64,000 nt of DNA. It comes from Eledone cirrhosa (lineage: Eukaryota). Below, in pieces: positions 13,833 through 26,419 of this stretch (positions are counted from its first letter, which is position 1; each line of letters opens with the position of its first letter). The notes below the pieces were generated by a model. That model did no database searches, was not told where the DNA came from, and saw only the letters and a list, made by a program, of their open reading frames with translations. Location: contig OZ024743.1 of the NCBI GenBank assembly GCA_964016885.1, positions 229,276,001 to 229,340,000 of the forward strand. The letters are read 5' to 3'. A program made the position numbers and the translations under genes.

Positions 13833-14046
13833 GAGAGATTGACAGACTAGTGAGAGCGCCGGAAAAGAGGCTTTGCAATAGTTGCTCGGACTCTTTACGT
13901 GCTAAGATCCAATCCCGCCAAGGTTAATCTTACCTTTCATCCTTCCTAAGTTAAACTAAAGTATCAGTCAAGTACTGAAACCGATATAATCGACTATTCC
14001 CTACCCAACAAAACTTCTGGCCTTATGCCTAAACTGCAAAGCGTTA
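13833..14046 (+). mobile_element. SINE family A, diverged copy
   Basis: ctctttacgtgctaagatccaatcccgccaaggttaatcttacctttcatcctt...ctggccttatgcctaaa. Confidence 0.7.
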
Positions 14047-14060
14047 TATAAGTATTGGTC

Positions 14061-14300
14061 TTAACCCTTTCCTTAAAGAAATATACTGCTGATATACTAC
14101 AAATAATTTTGAAAATAATCAAGAATCTAGTGGCATTTAATAAAATAACGTTTTCATTATTAAACTGAATTTTGGAACACGATAAATATTCTAATATAAA
14201 GTATGATGTGAAGTTTTTTTAGATGAATATAAACACTGTAAAACAAACAGTTTTTTTTTTTAAACATAGAACCTGAGCAGTTTGGTATCAAAAGGGTTAA
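14061..14300. mobile_element. piggyBac-like MITE with TTAA target duplication
   Basis: TTAA-CCCTTT ... AAAGGG-TTAA termini; internal sequence recurs near 9945, 37595, 40405 and 52876. Confidence 0.75.
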
Positions 14301-14585
14301 AGACAACGTTTTGACGGTGAGCAGAAATAAATATCAATAAAACCTTATAGGAAGTAAGTCAATCAAACTGATCAGACATAGGATTGATGCCAGCTTTTAA
14401 TCAAATAAAAGTCAAGACCAAAAGGGATTAGTTCTCTAGCTGCTCTCAAATACGACTGACTTGTTTATTTATGACTAGTTATTGACTAATTTTCACACAA
14501 CAAATATAATAAAAAAATGTTTACAAAAAACTATAAATGATAATGACTGAATTGATAAAATAGATGGTGTAAAATAAGATCACGT

Positions 14586-14588
<3 letters not shown>

Positions 14589-14641
<53 letters not shown>
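14589..14641. repeat. pure (AT)n microsatellite
   Basis: Directly visible. Confidence 0.95.
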
Positions 14642-14644
<3 letters not shown>

Positions 14645-15404
14645 TTATTTTTATTATATAGATAAGTGTGGGATATAGACAAGCTGTTATTGGTGAAGTA
14701 GATTCAGACTTTATATTTAGACTGAGCTCTGAAGATATGTTTTAGTTAGAAATTGGGCACTTAATTTAGTGTGAAAACAATTTTTAACCAACGTTTGAGC
14801 GAAAGAAAAAAAAAGTGAGGCAAGATTAAGAGAAAAAACACAGCTAGAGTGCAAGATTGGGAGAGGAGGGAGATAAATAAAAAGAGAGAAAAGAAACAGA
14901 GAGACAGCCAAACAGTGAAGAACTAGAGAGGGGGAGACAAAAATGGAGGTGCAAAGAAAGTGTAATACAAAGAGTGAGAGGGTTTGAGAGGAAGAAAGAG
15001 AGAAAGAAGGGTGAGAATCAACAATCAGGAATGTATGTATGTTCACAAACAAGCACCACATCAAAAATTACACAATACCTCTATGTATGTACGCGCTTAT
15101 GTGTGTGATAGGTAGACAGGTAGATAGATAAAAAATAACAATGTCTGTTGGAGTAGAAGTTTAAGATTAAATATTTGGGTGGTAGGTAAGGATGAAATAT
15201 ACAGGCCAATCATCTCTGTCTATTATACATACAAACAAAGAATAGAATGGTTTTCCATTAAAGAACAAAACGAGGTTACAGTTAAAGGTACTGAATACAT
15301 CAAGTAGAGAGCGTACTTAAATATTTTTCAAATAGAAGTGACTCCTTTAGGACTAGTAGTATTTCATTTTGGCGAAATCCCCAGGAAAGTTTAGGTCACT
15401 TCTA

Positions 15405-15408
<4 letters not shown>

Positions 15409-15470
<62 letters not shown>
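15409..15470. repeat. (GT)n microsatellite
   Basis: Directly visible. Confidence 0.95.
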
Positions 15471-15473
<3 letters not shown>

Positions 15474-15674
15474 CGCAAAGTAGAGGAAAAGTAGTCAATA
15501 CCAAAACAGAATGCAATCATTTATTATAATTGAATAATTAATTTCTGATGCTACTCTTAGTTTCGTGATTGCTCGCTGATCCTCTAACAATATTGTAGAG
15601 TTCAATATATTGGAGAATATCATATATATAAGCAACACCTATGACAAGCCTTGGTCAAGGTCTTAATACGCAGT

Positions 15675-15905
15675 CTTTATGGTTAAGGTTTGCAACCCCG
15701 TGTTCACGGATTCTGTCCTATTGCGCAGTACGTTGGGAATCTGTCTTCTACTTATAGTTTTCTGTTGGCCGATGCATTCAAAGCCAGTCTAGAGTATGTG
15801 TTCCATAATAGGCTTGAACAAATAAAGGTAGTTATGATCGACTAGAACCTTTTTAAGACGGTGTCCCAGCACGGTCACAATCCAATGAATGAAATGGGTA
15901 AAATA
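15675..15905 (+). mobile_element. SINE family C, diverged copy
   Basis: atggttaagg head; 3' block gacggtgtcccagcacggtcacaatccaatgaatgaaa matches 32126-32162. Confidence 0.55.
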
Positions 15906-15944
15906 ATATTTATGAATGTATGTATATGTGTGTTTACCAGGCAT

Positions 15945-16410
15945 GCTCCTTATTATAGTGTAATCTTCCCCATGCCTTATTATACATTATTAATTATAGA
16001 TTATTATTATTACTCTTTTTCCATTTCTAATTACCTCATGTACTTTCTCCTCCGTTATATATATATTGTATGCCCTTTGTGTTTGTGTAGCCTCTACACA
16101 CCCTCTGCACCCTACTATCGACGCCACCCCATCTATAGTTCAGCTAACCACTCGACTCCCGGGAATGAATATGACCGCAGCTAGTAAACAAGGACCCACA
16201 CCCACCCTCCCGCACCAAAAATAGACTTATCGTCCCCTACTTTTGCTCATTACTCTCTTTACTCTTTGTTCTTGAATGTTTGGTTGGTAGAGTCCATAAC
16301 ACCAATCAAACCCCTTTTATAGCTCTGATGAATTCTACGGTTACGTAAGGAAGAAACATTGTAAGCCAATAAAAATCTTTTGATGTTGTAGACGCTCTTG
16401 TGTTCTTTAT
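15945..16410 (+). mobile_element. Putative PLE pseudo-LTR or non-autonomous hammerhead element
   Basis: Pyrimidine-rich segment ending in a hammerhead motif, AATAAA (16368-16373), a short tail, then a TA array. The left boundary is uncertain. Confidence 0.45.
16322..16366 (+). ncRNA. Minimal type I hammerhead ribozyme motif
   Basis: gct-CTGATGA-a-ttctacg(gtta)cgta-ag-gaa-GAAA-c(att)g-TA-agc: 3-bp stem I, bulged stem II, minimal stem III, GUA triplet. Confidence 0.65.
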
Positions 16411-16528
16411 CATATATATGTATATGTATATATATATATATTTATATATATATATATATATGTATATGTATATATATATATTTATATATATATGTATATG
16501 TATATGTATATATCTTTATATAAATGTT

Positions 16529-16573
<45 letters not shown>

Positions 16574-16792
16574 TTATATATATGTATATGTATATATATA
16601 TATATTTATAAATATATATATTTATATATATATGTATATGTATATATATATATTTATATATATATATGTAATATGTATATATTTATATATATATATATAT
16701 ATATATGTATATGTATATATATATATACATATATATATATGTATATGTATGTATATATATATATGTATATATATGTATATATTTATATATAT
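16411..16792. repeat. Degenerate (TA)n array with TTT/TGT variants
   Basis: Directly visible. Confidence 0.95.
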
Positions 16793-17177
16793 CAGCGTGT
16801 ACTTCAGGAGGACTGCTGGATTTTCTAATCTACCAGTCTCTTCTTAGCGCTGAGGGAGACCATCACCATTCTATTAGTGTGGGCACCACTGATGAGTTTA
16901 TAAGAGCCCGCTTGTGTATAAAACTATGGGTTATATACAAGTTTCTACATAACCTGGAAATTATTTATCCCAAATTGTAGAAATCTTATAACGAAACGGC
17001 CGTCTGGAAGGAAAGAGATATTTATTTAATAAGGTCTCATATAAAATAATACAACCAGCTATCCACGAAATAAGGATTAGTTAGCACCCAAACACTAAAT
17101 TGGGATAATACTTAGGTATATCCTAATGTTTGTTGAGTGAGATGGAGTATCGCTTAAGGCTTTCTCTGTTTATGTAT
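16793..17177 (+). mobile_element. ~385-bp hammerhead-bearing island inside (TA)n (solo PLE pLTR or retrozyme-like)
   Basis: Unique structured sequence bounded on both sides by TA arrays; contains an intact hammerhead core and no recognisable ORF. Confidence 0.55.
16879..17007 (+). ncRNA. Type I hammerhead ribozyme with expanded, branched stem II
   Basis: cca(16886-88) CTGATGA(16889-95), stem II gtttataaga/tcttataac, GAAA(16993-96), cggccg, TC(17003-04), tgg(17005-07). Internal hairpins: cttgtgtataa/ttatatacaag and tttctaca/tgtagaaa. Confidence 0.85.
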
Positions 17178-18266
<1,089 letters not shown>

Positions 18267-19623
18267 AGCAATGAAATGCACATTATATTATCGGCACGGA
18301 AAACATTAATAGAATTTAATAACCAACTCTCGACTAGGGCAGATAGAAATAATAACTTCGATATAACTATGGGATTATCCGATTCTGCTCAGGTAACCGA
18401 TCTTGTGGGTTTCTTTATAAATAATTCTCTACATAGGAAAATACCTGAGATAACCGGAGGCTTATATCGTGACGACATGCTTTTGCTTATAGAAAATAAT
18501 AACTGAACTAAATAGAAAAAGAAAACAAATTATACAATTTTTTACCTTAATTTAAAAGTAGAAATAGAGAATAACCATAAAATAGTTAACTTTCTAGATG
18601 TAACACTAAACCTTAACACATGTCTTCATTATCAATTTCACAAACTATGTGAGAACTTAAACTACGTCAATTTTAACTCTAATCACCCCAGATCCGTTAA
18701 AAATACTATATTGAACTCTGTACAGCAACGAATTTCGAGAATTTCAGCTAATAAGAATATATTTGATGAAAAAGCACATTATTACAACGAAGTGTTAGGT
18801 AGAGCTGGATATAGAAATAAAATTAAATACATTGATAATAATAATAAAACAACTAACCATAATCGTAACAATTTTAACTATTTTAACAATTTTAACAACT
18901 ATAATAGAAAACCTTACCATAATTCCGAAAACAAAAAACGAAATAGAACTAGGAACATATTATGGTTCGCTCCTCCTTTCTCATTAAATATTAAAACCCC
19001 TATTGTTAAACTATTTTTTAAAGCTCTTGACAAATGCTTCCCTAGATCACAGATATTATTCAATCTTTAATAGACATACTATAAAATTAACTTATTCTTC
19101 CACCAAAAACTTAGTGCAAAATATTAATAGAATTAATAATAGAAATTTAAAACCTAACCAAAATACCAATAATAACCCAAGCAATATCCAATTTGATAAA
19201 TGTAACTGTAGAAATAAATCTAACTGTCCGTTAAATAACAATTGCTTAGCTAAAAATATAGTATATAATTGTAATGTAAAAACTAATTTAAATTCATTTA
19301 ATTATGTGGGATCCACTTCCACAGAGTTTAAATCCCGCTTCAATAAGCATAAAAATTCTTTTACAGATCCAAACAAAAAATGTTCAACTTCTCTATCTAG
19401 CTTATTATGGGACCTCAAACTAAAGAACGTTGAATATTCGTTGATTTGGAATATTATTTCAAAAGCTACTACTTTTAACTCCTCTTCAGAAAATTGTGAT
19501 CTTTGTATCGAGGAAATATTCTTTATATTAAAGACCAAACATTCCCTGAACCTAAGGAACAATTTATTCAGTTGCTGTAGACATAAATTTAACTCAACGT
19601 TTAAATATAAATTTAAAATGTAA
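18267..19623 (+). pseudogene. PLE reverse transcriptase plus GIY-YIG endonuclease, disrupted
   Basis: RT motifs [24 protein letters not shown] (YRDD at 18465-18476), NFLDVTL, SNHP, RNILWFAPPFS. EN motifs CNCRNKSNCPLNNNC, NIVY...YVGST...FKSRFNKH, CDLCIEE, LNLRN, CCRHK. Stop at 18504-18506 and frameshifts near 18520 and 19050. Confidence 0.88.
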
Positions 19624-21057
19624 TATATAATTAATTAATTAATTCTATTAATATATTGAACCTATCGATAAATCATTAGATTCCTTCATTTTTTTACTGC
19701 TTATACACTCAAATAAAAAAAACTGTTCTTCCTAAATATAACTAAATATAATAAACTCTTCTAGAGAAATATACTGAAAGCTCTTAAAAGGGGAACATAT
19801 TTTTTGATAGTTTCTCCTATTTTCGAAAGTTTATCTTTTGAAAGTTTCTTTTTCTTTCTCTTATGGATATAAAATTAAGTTAAATATACGTAGAAAATGT
19901 TTATACTAAATTTATTAAACATTATTATTTTGAAATTATAACTTGAAATATTCTATAATATTTTAAAAGTTATATTGCTTATAATTATATTTGCAAATCG
20001 TAATATAATTGTTTTGTATTTTATGTACTTCGATTATACTATGTACTGTATTTATATATACTTTTCTCTCTATATATGTGTGTATATATATATATGAAGT
20101 GTGTTTGATATACATGTACATATGTTTTATGCGTGTATGTCTATCTGCATGTATATATATATGTGATACATATCTACCTATTTGTGTGGGTACACACATA
20201 TATGTATGTATATGTGGGAATTGTGTATGTATATATATGTGCATATGCATACAATTCGATTGCACTTAATAACAGTCATAACTACATAACAGGTAATCTT
20301 ATAAAACTTATATAAAAAAAAATTGTTTAATAACAAAGTGTGTATTACATAAAATTTCCTTTAATATCTTAACAATTGAAACATTTATATAACTAAGTAA
20401 TGTAATTTTCCTTCACGCTGCTTTTCTCTGATTTTATAAGATTCCTATATCTTAAATTAAAAAATCCTTTATATTTTATATGTATATATTATATAAGTAG
20501 TTAGATATGTATATATTTTTTATACGTGTGTATATATATTTATATGTATGTATTTTTGCGTGTGTTATATAATATATAGATTTTTAATAATATAGTCTTA
20601 ATAATAATATATATATTTCTTAATATATAGATATCAATTTTAAATGTATTGATCTCAATATTTTACCTGATTAACTAAACATTTAATCATATTTAAACAA
20701 TGGTTAAATTTCTCATATTATATATGTATTTTCCATTCATGATTATTAACATTTCTAATTTTATTTATTCATTTCATCTCAAATGTTAAGATAACTCAAC
20801 AAGTTATGACTTGAGTTTTCGTTCTCTCTCCTTTCTCTTTCTCCTCTCTCTCTCTCTTTTTTTCTCTGTTGTTCAGCTTTCTCTCTCTCTCTCTCTTTCT
20901 CCGTAACCCAACGGCTTATTTTAAAAATATCCAATACTAACTTACCTAATAGTATAATTAAAGATATAACTCCACCATCCGGGAGCTTCCAACAGTAATG
21001 GTTGCATTCTTTAAGGGTATGTCAATATTTATTTATAAAACTGCTCTATATTATATT

Positions 21058-21111
21058 TTATCTGATGAAAGCACACCATAATTTAACTTGGTGTCCTTGA
21101 AATATGTATAA
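21058..21111 (+). ncRNA. Minimal type I hammerhead-like motif at the PLE 3' end
   Basis: tta-t-CTGATGA-aag-c-acacca(10-nt loop)tggtgt-c-ctt-GAAA-tatg-TA-taa, followed by AATAAA. Stem I needs one bulged U. Confidence 0.6.
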
Positions 21112-21230
21112 TGAAATAAATATGGTTTTATAAATATAGTTTCCATTTGTTAATATCGTATTTTTATTCCAATTATTCCAGTTTTAAAAATATTTGCTTG
21201 TTGTATCCCAACAATTTAAATAGAACTTTT

Positions 21231-21939
21231 ACATATATGTATATACATGTATATATTTATATATATGTATATATACATATATATAAATATATATATATAT
21301 ACATGTATATATTTATATATATGTATATATACATATATATAAATATATATATATATACATGTATATATTTATATATATGTATATATACATATATATAAAT
21401 ATATATATATATATACATGTATATATTTATATATATGTATATATACATATATATAAATATATATATATATATATACATGTATATATTTATATATATGCAT
21501 ATATACATATATATAAATATATATATATATATACATGTATATATTTATATATATGTATATATACATATATATAAATATATATATATATATATACATGTTT
21601 ATATTTATATATATGTATATATACATATATATAAATATATATATATATATATACATGTTTATATTTATATATATGTATATATATATATATATTTATATAT
21701 ATGTATATATATATATGTATATATATATATTTATATATATGTATATATATGTATATATATATATATGTATATATATATATTTATATATATGTATATATAT
21801 ATATGTATATATATGTATATATATATATATGTATATATATATATTTATATATATGTATATATATATATGTATATATATTTATATATATGTATATATATGT
21901 ATATATATATATATGTATATATATATATTTATATACATG

Positions 21940-21970
<31 letters not shown>

Positions 21971-22002
21971 GTATATATATATATTTATATATATGTATAT
22001 AT
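21231..22002. repeat. Degenerate (TA)n array; left part has a ~56-60-bp palindromic higher-order unit
   Basis: catgtatatatttatatatatgtatatatacatatatataaatatata... recurs about every 56-60 bp from 21246 to about 21700. Confidence 0.9.
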
Positions 22003-22244
22003 AAAGCGGAGTCGGCCAATTCTATCATAGAATGGGGAGTGGAGGTACTGAGGCTACGGAGGACCGAAGGGTTGCCTCGGGGTGGGCGAGAAGGTGAAAA
22101 GAACAACGACAAAGAAGGAGAACTGGGGTGGAAGCACTAGGAAGGGATGGGGGGAAGGAGGAAATATAGAGGAGACGATAAAAAATATATAAGAATATCT
22201 TACGTCTACCTTTGTAAGCAGGGGTTACCCATTACAAAGTCGAA

Positions 22245-22976
22245 CAATATCAATGTCGAAGCAGGAAGCTTAGGTCTCAATATCAATGCCAAGAATACCA
22301 AAAGCATGTTATCTGGGACACACCCATCACCAACTAGTGTCTTCATTGAACATGAGGAGCTGGAGATAGTGGACAACTTCACCTACCTAGGAAGCTCCAT
22401 TACCAATGAGGGCACCATGGACAGTGAACTGCAATGTAGAATGGGAAAGGCTTCAGCAGCATTTAACCAGCTTGACAAGATCTGGAAGAGCAGGAAGTTC
22501 ACCCTCAAAACAAAGATGAGATTCTACAAGAGCAACGTGCTGTCCACACTCTTGTACGGAAGTGAAACATGGCACCTTAAGACCAGCCAAGAGAAGAAGT
22601 TGGACGCATTCGATTCCAGGTGTCTGCGAAAGATCCTGGGGATTAAATGGAGTGACCATGTAACAAACCAGGAAGTCAGGAACCGCACCAACCAGCAGCT
22701 CGTCTCTTCTACCATCTGTAAGCGACGCCTAGGCTGGTTTGGACACGCTTTGAGACTTCCCCCGGAGAGACTGGCGAACCAAGTACTTAAATGGAGCCCG
22801 CAGGGAAGCTGACGGAGAGGGCGACCCAATATGAACTGGCGCCAGACAGTTCAGAGGTACCTGCGAGCGACAAACAGACAATGGCGGGACGCTGTGCAAC
22901 TGGCTGCTGACCGAACGCGATGGAACACTATGATTGCCTCATGCGTTGCAAGACGCAGGAGCTTCTGAGTCTGAGT
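22245..22976 (+). mobile_element. 5'-truncated RTE-clade LINE (RT C-terminal region and 3' end)
   Basis: GLNINAKNTKSM, FTYLGS, RMGKASAAF, LSTLLYGSETW, CLRKILGIKWSD, RRLGWFGH, then one in-frame TGA (22810-22812) before RRGRP...AADRTRW. The ORF ends at 22968 in a (CTGAGT)2 tail. Confidence 0.9.
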
Positions 22977-23238
22977 ACTAAGAATGAGAAATGAAATTTC
23001 GTTTCATTTTTTCCGTTTATATATATATATAAGTTAAAACAATGGAATAAAGAATCAAGTCATTAGAGATATACTTCACTGCTTTACGATCGTTTCTAGA
23101 TGATGATAATACATTGTAGCTATACTTCGTTATTGTTCTATGTAAGGTTAGTTACAAAATATCAGATAAAGAGAATATTTACTATATATACATATAATTC
23201 CGTGTATATATTTTTGCATTTCGTGTCTAAATTCTATT

Positions 23239-23239
<1 letters not shown>

Positions 23240-23305
<66 letters not shown>

Positions 23306-23340
23306 GCGTGTGTGCGTGTGCGTGCGTGCGTGCGCGCGCA
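23240..23340. repeat. (GT)n/(GC) microsatellite
   Basis: Directly visible. Confidence 0.95.
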
Positions 23341-23900
23341 TATACACATACACATGAGCGCGTATTCTCACGCATTCACTTATTACACACATATGGCGTG
23401 TGTGTATATATATATACCATACACGTGTGTGTACAATAAATACATACGCGAATTGGATTTATAGTACGCTATCTGGAGTAAATTTGACAAATGTTATACG
23501 TTAAGTTTTTATATTCTATCTTTATAGAAGAAATAGGTGTGACATTCTTTCCCTTTGCTTTCATATAGAAATATGTGTGAGATTCCTTTGTTAAAGGCGG
23601 ACACGGGTGTTACGACCAATATGTTTCTAGCGTGGACAACATAAAACCAGAGACATTTTCCCACCCTCCAATGCTAAGCTGTCATGCAAAGAAGAGAAGA
23701 GATGTGTGGGTCGGTGGAGGTGAGGCGACCGTGCAGAAGTGCAGTGGTTGTTGTGGGGAGGGGAGGGGTGCAGATAGGCGCGTGGAGGATCTGGGATGAG
23801 TGAATGGAAATCAGACGTTAATTTTTTTCATTTTTATAGTTGAGAAAGCAATAACGATTAGGAAACATAAGCAGTTATTTAGTAATGAAATGCGCGTGTG

Positions 23901-24190
23901 CCTCCGTCGATTCCGACGACGAGTGCTTCAGTTGTTTCGTCAACAACGGAACAGACTACTCATGTAAATGGCTGAGCGTTCCATAGACACGTGTACCATT
24001 GACGTATTTCTCAAGAATATTCAGCTGGATAACATGATTGACCCTTTGAGTTATAAATGGCAGAAACCTTTGCTAGGTTAATGTACTGGAGAAAAGTGAA
24101 ATAGAATGTTATGCTCAAGAACACGGCGCACCACTCAGAATGAAACTCCCAACCGTACAATTGTGATTCAAGCATCTTAACAGGCCTTAT
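23901..24190 (-). mobile_element. SINE family B
   Basis: cctccgtcgattccgacgacgag...gacacgtgtacc...tgctcaagaacacggcgc. Confidence 0.7.
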
Positions 24191-26419
24191 GTAAGTATGC
24201 TTTAAACATGCGCGCAAATGCTCATTTTTGTGAGTACATTTTCATTTGTTTGTACAAGTAATGCACACAAACGTTTGCAGCTTCTGAACGAACATGTCAA
24301 ACTTTTCGTCTAAATCACTAGTGTAAAATACATAAACACTTACAAGCTGTCTATATTTGTGTATGAATAACGTGTGCGTGCACCCAATGTTCAAAAGAGT
24401 GTGTATATTTAAATGTGCACAAAAGGTGAATGTATATTATTAAAGCCATTTATAAATGCCGTCGAGCTCTCGCCATTTTACATCCAGAGCAATACAAATT
24501 CAAGGAGGGGAGAGATTTAACCTGAACACAATGTCAGTGACTCAATAAATTTCATCACACTCTCTGTCTTGGTTTAGCCTTCAGTTTTGACCAAGTCTAT
24601 ATAAGCCAGCTCGAGCACGCGCACACAAACAAACACGTCCATACGTAGAACACAACAGTAAACTGATTCAACTTGCTCCCCCTGCTCAAAAGAGGTCGAA
24701 TGTTTTATCAATTAAGCCATGCCGACATAATACTCCGGGTTAAGACACTGCAGTAGTTCTCTTGTGTATTAAGCAATAAATAATGGTAAAAGGAGCAGAA
24801 CTACAACAAACTTGTCTTCGTTCAGACATAATAAATATCTTTCGCCGACTGAGACAGAAGTCATCAATGACTACAACGCAGACACATGAATGTAATAAAA
24901 GTATAATGTGTATGGAATCTGTATATAACTGCCTTTTACATAGATACATAATGTGTATATATGTTATGTGAAATTGTGAGTGGGTAAAAGTGTGTGCTTT
25001 ATGTATGAATGTATAATTTATTTTTGTCCATGAACATAAGGGTTTGTAGGCAGTGATCGAGTGAGATTTCAGTAATAATTCCCCAGGTATCCGAATTGAT
25101 TATTACGAAATACTACCGCACACCACGAATTTGGTCAATTTGAAACAGGGGGAAAGAGAAACGGGTGTGGTTGATGATGATAGAACTATTTCATATATAA
25201 TGTCTTGATCCCTAATCTAACACATATTGTGTTTCCATGGATCAAGTTATTTTATACACCTATTGTGTTGTGTGTGAAATTGTAGCGGTTTCTAATAAAA
25301 CCATGTACAGATTTATTGTGAAAGCACGTGGCTTAATAGGTTGAGTGTTCGACTCATGATCGTAGTAGAACAATTCTTTATAAACACCAATTGTAGAAAT
25401 AATTGGTGTGAAAATTAGGGACGTAACTAAAGCAAACATAAGAGAACACGGTGAACAGTTTGATCAGATCAGCAAATTACACGACTGTTACTTTCTTTTA
25501 TCGACGCCGAAAGGACGAAAGATAAACTCACCCAGAATGTGAAGGGACGCAACTATTACTACAAAATATTTGATCCACCGTTCTTACTATTCAATCCATC
25601 GACTACGATTAGAACAACATTTATTCCTTCCAACCAATTTGATGTAAAATTTCTTCAGGCTTTGATGCTGAACTAGAATCAAAGAAGGTGAAGTGTTTGA
25701 ATCGCGTTAACTAATATAATTTACATGGGTCATTGACAAAAATGCCACCGCAGAAAAACCCACATAGTAAAAAATAATACATAATTTGAGTATATAATTT
25801 TAGTTTTTTTTTTTATTAGTTAAACTGCATTTCACAACATTAGTTACTAAAAGCTACAAATCGATTTTGTTTTATCTATTATTGTAATATTAATTATTGT
25901 GCGGTTTTGTACGATATGAGTGTGGATTTTATGCTAGGGGATTTTCATCGTATGCAAACTTACTCAGGGCGAATATAATTGATGTGAACTTTGAAATTTT
26001 CGATTTGTTATAAGTTCGAAAGATACTTGATTATTTACTCAGTTACCATGCAGATTATCATCTTAAATTTACACGTTAAAAGGCACACACGCAGTGGCAC
26101 ATGACAGACAATTTTCAAAGACAATAAACATTTCCTTTTAATACTACTCTTCTTTCCACGACAGCTTTGTTTCTGGAAGGTGGGAACATTTCTTCGTTTT
26201 ATGTTGTCCTTGCGAGAAACAAAATCATAAAAATCCCCCTCCCCTTCTTTCTCATCAGTTTCTATTCTCTTGATCAATCAAGAAAAAACTTTTGATGGCT
26301 TTTAATAAAAGTGTGATATTTTATCTTTAAAATATTTTTAAACGTGGGAATATGTTTTTAAAATGGCAGTTTGTTATCATTTTATTCCTATATATAAACT
26401 CATATATATATGGTAGTTA

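Larger units (their letters stand above)
18267..21230 (+). mobile_element. 5'-truncated Penelope-like element with C-terminal GIY-YIG endonuclease (possibly Hydra clade)
   Basis: RT-EN coding remnant at 18267-19623, long AT-rich 3' region, hammerhead-like motif and AATAAA at 21058-21120; TA arrays on both sides. Confidence 0.8.

Noticed and set aside
22810-22812. In-frame TGA in the RTE fragment (and at 18504 in the PLE) as selenocysteine or readthrough
   Set aside because: Both sit where Arg (CGA) is plausible, in truncated copies; ordinary C-to-T decay is simpler and no SECIS was seen.
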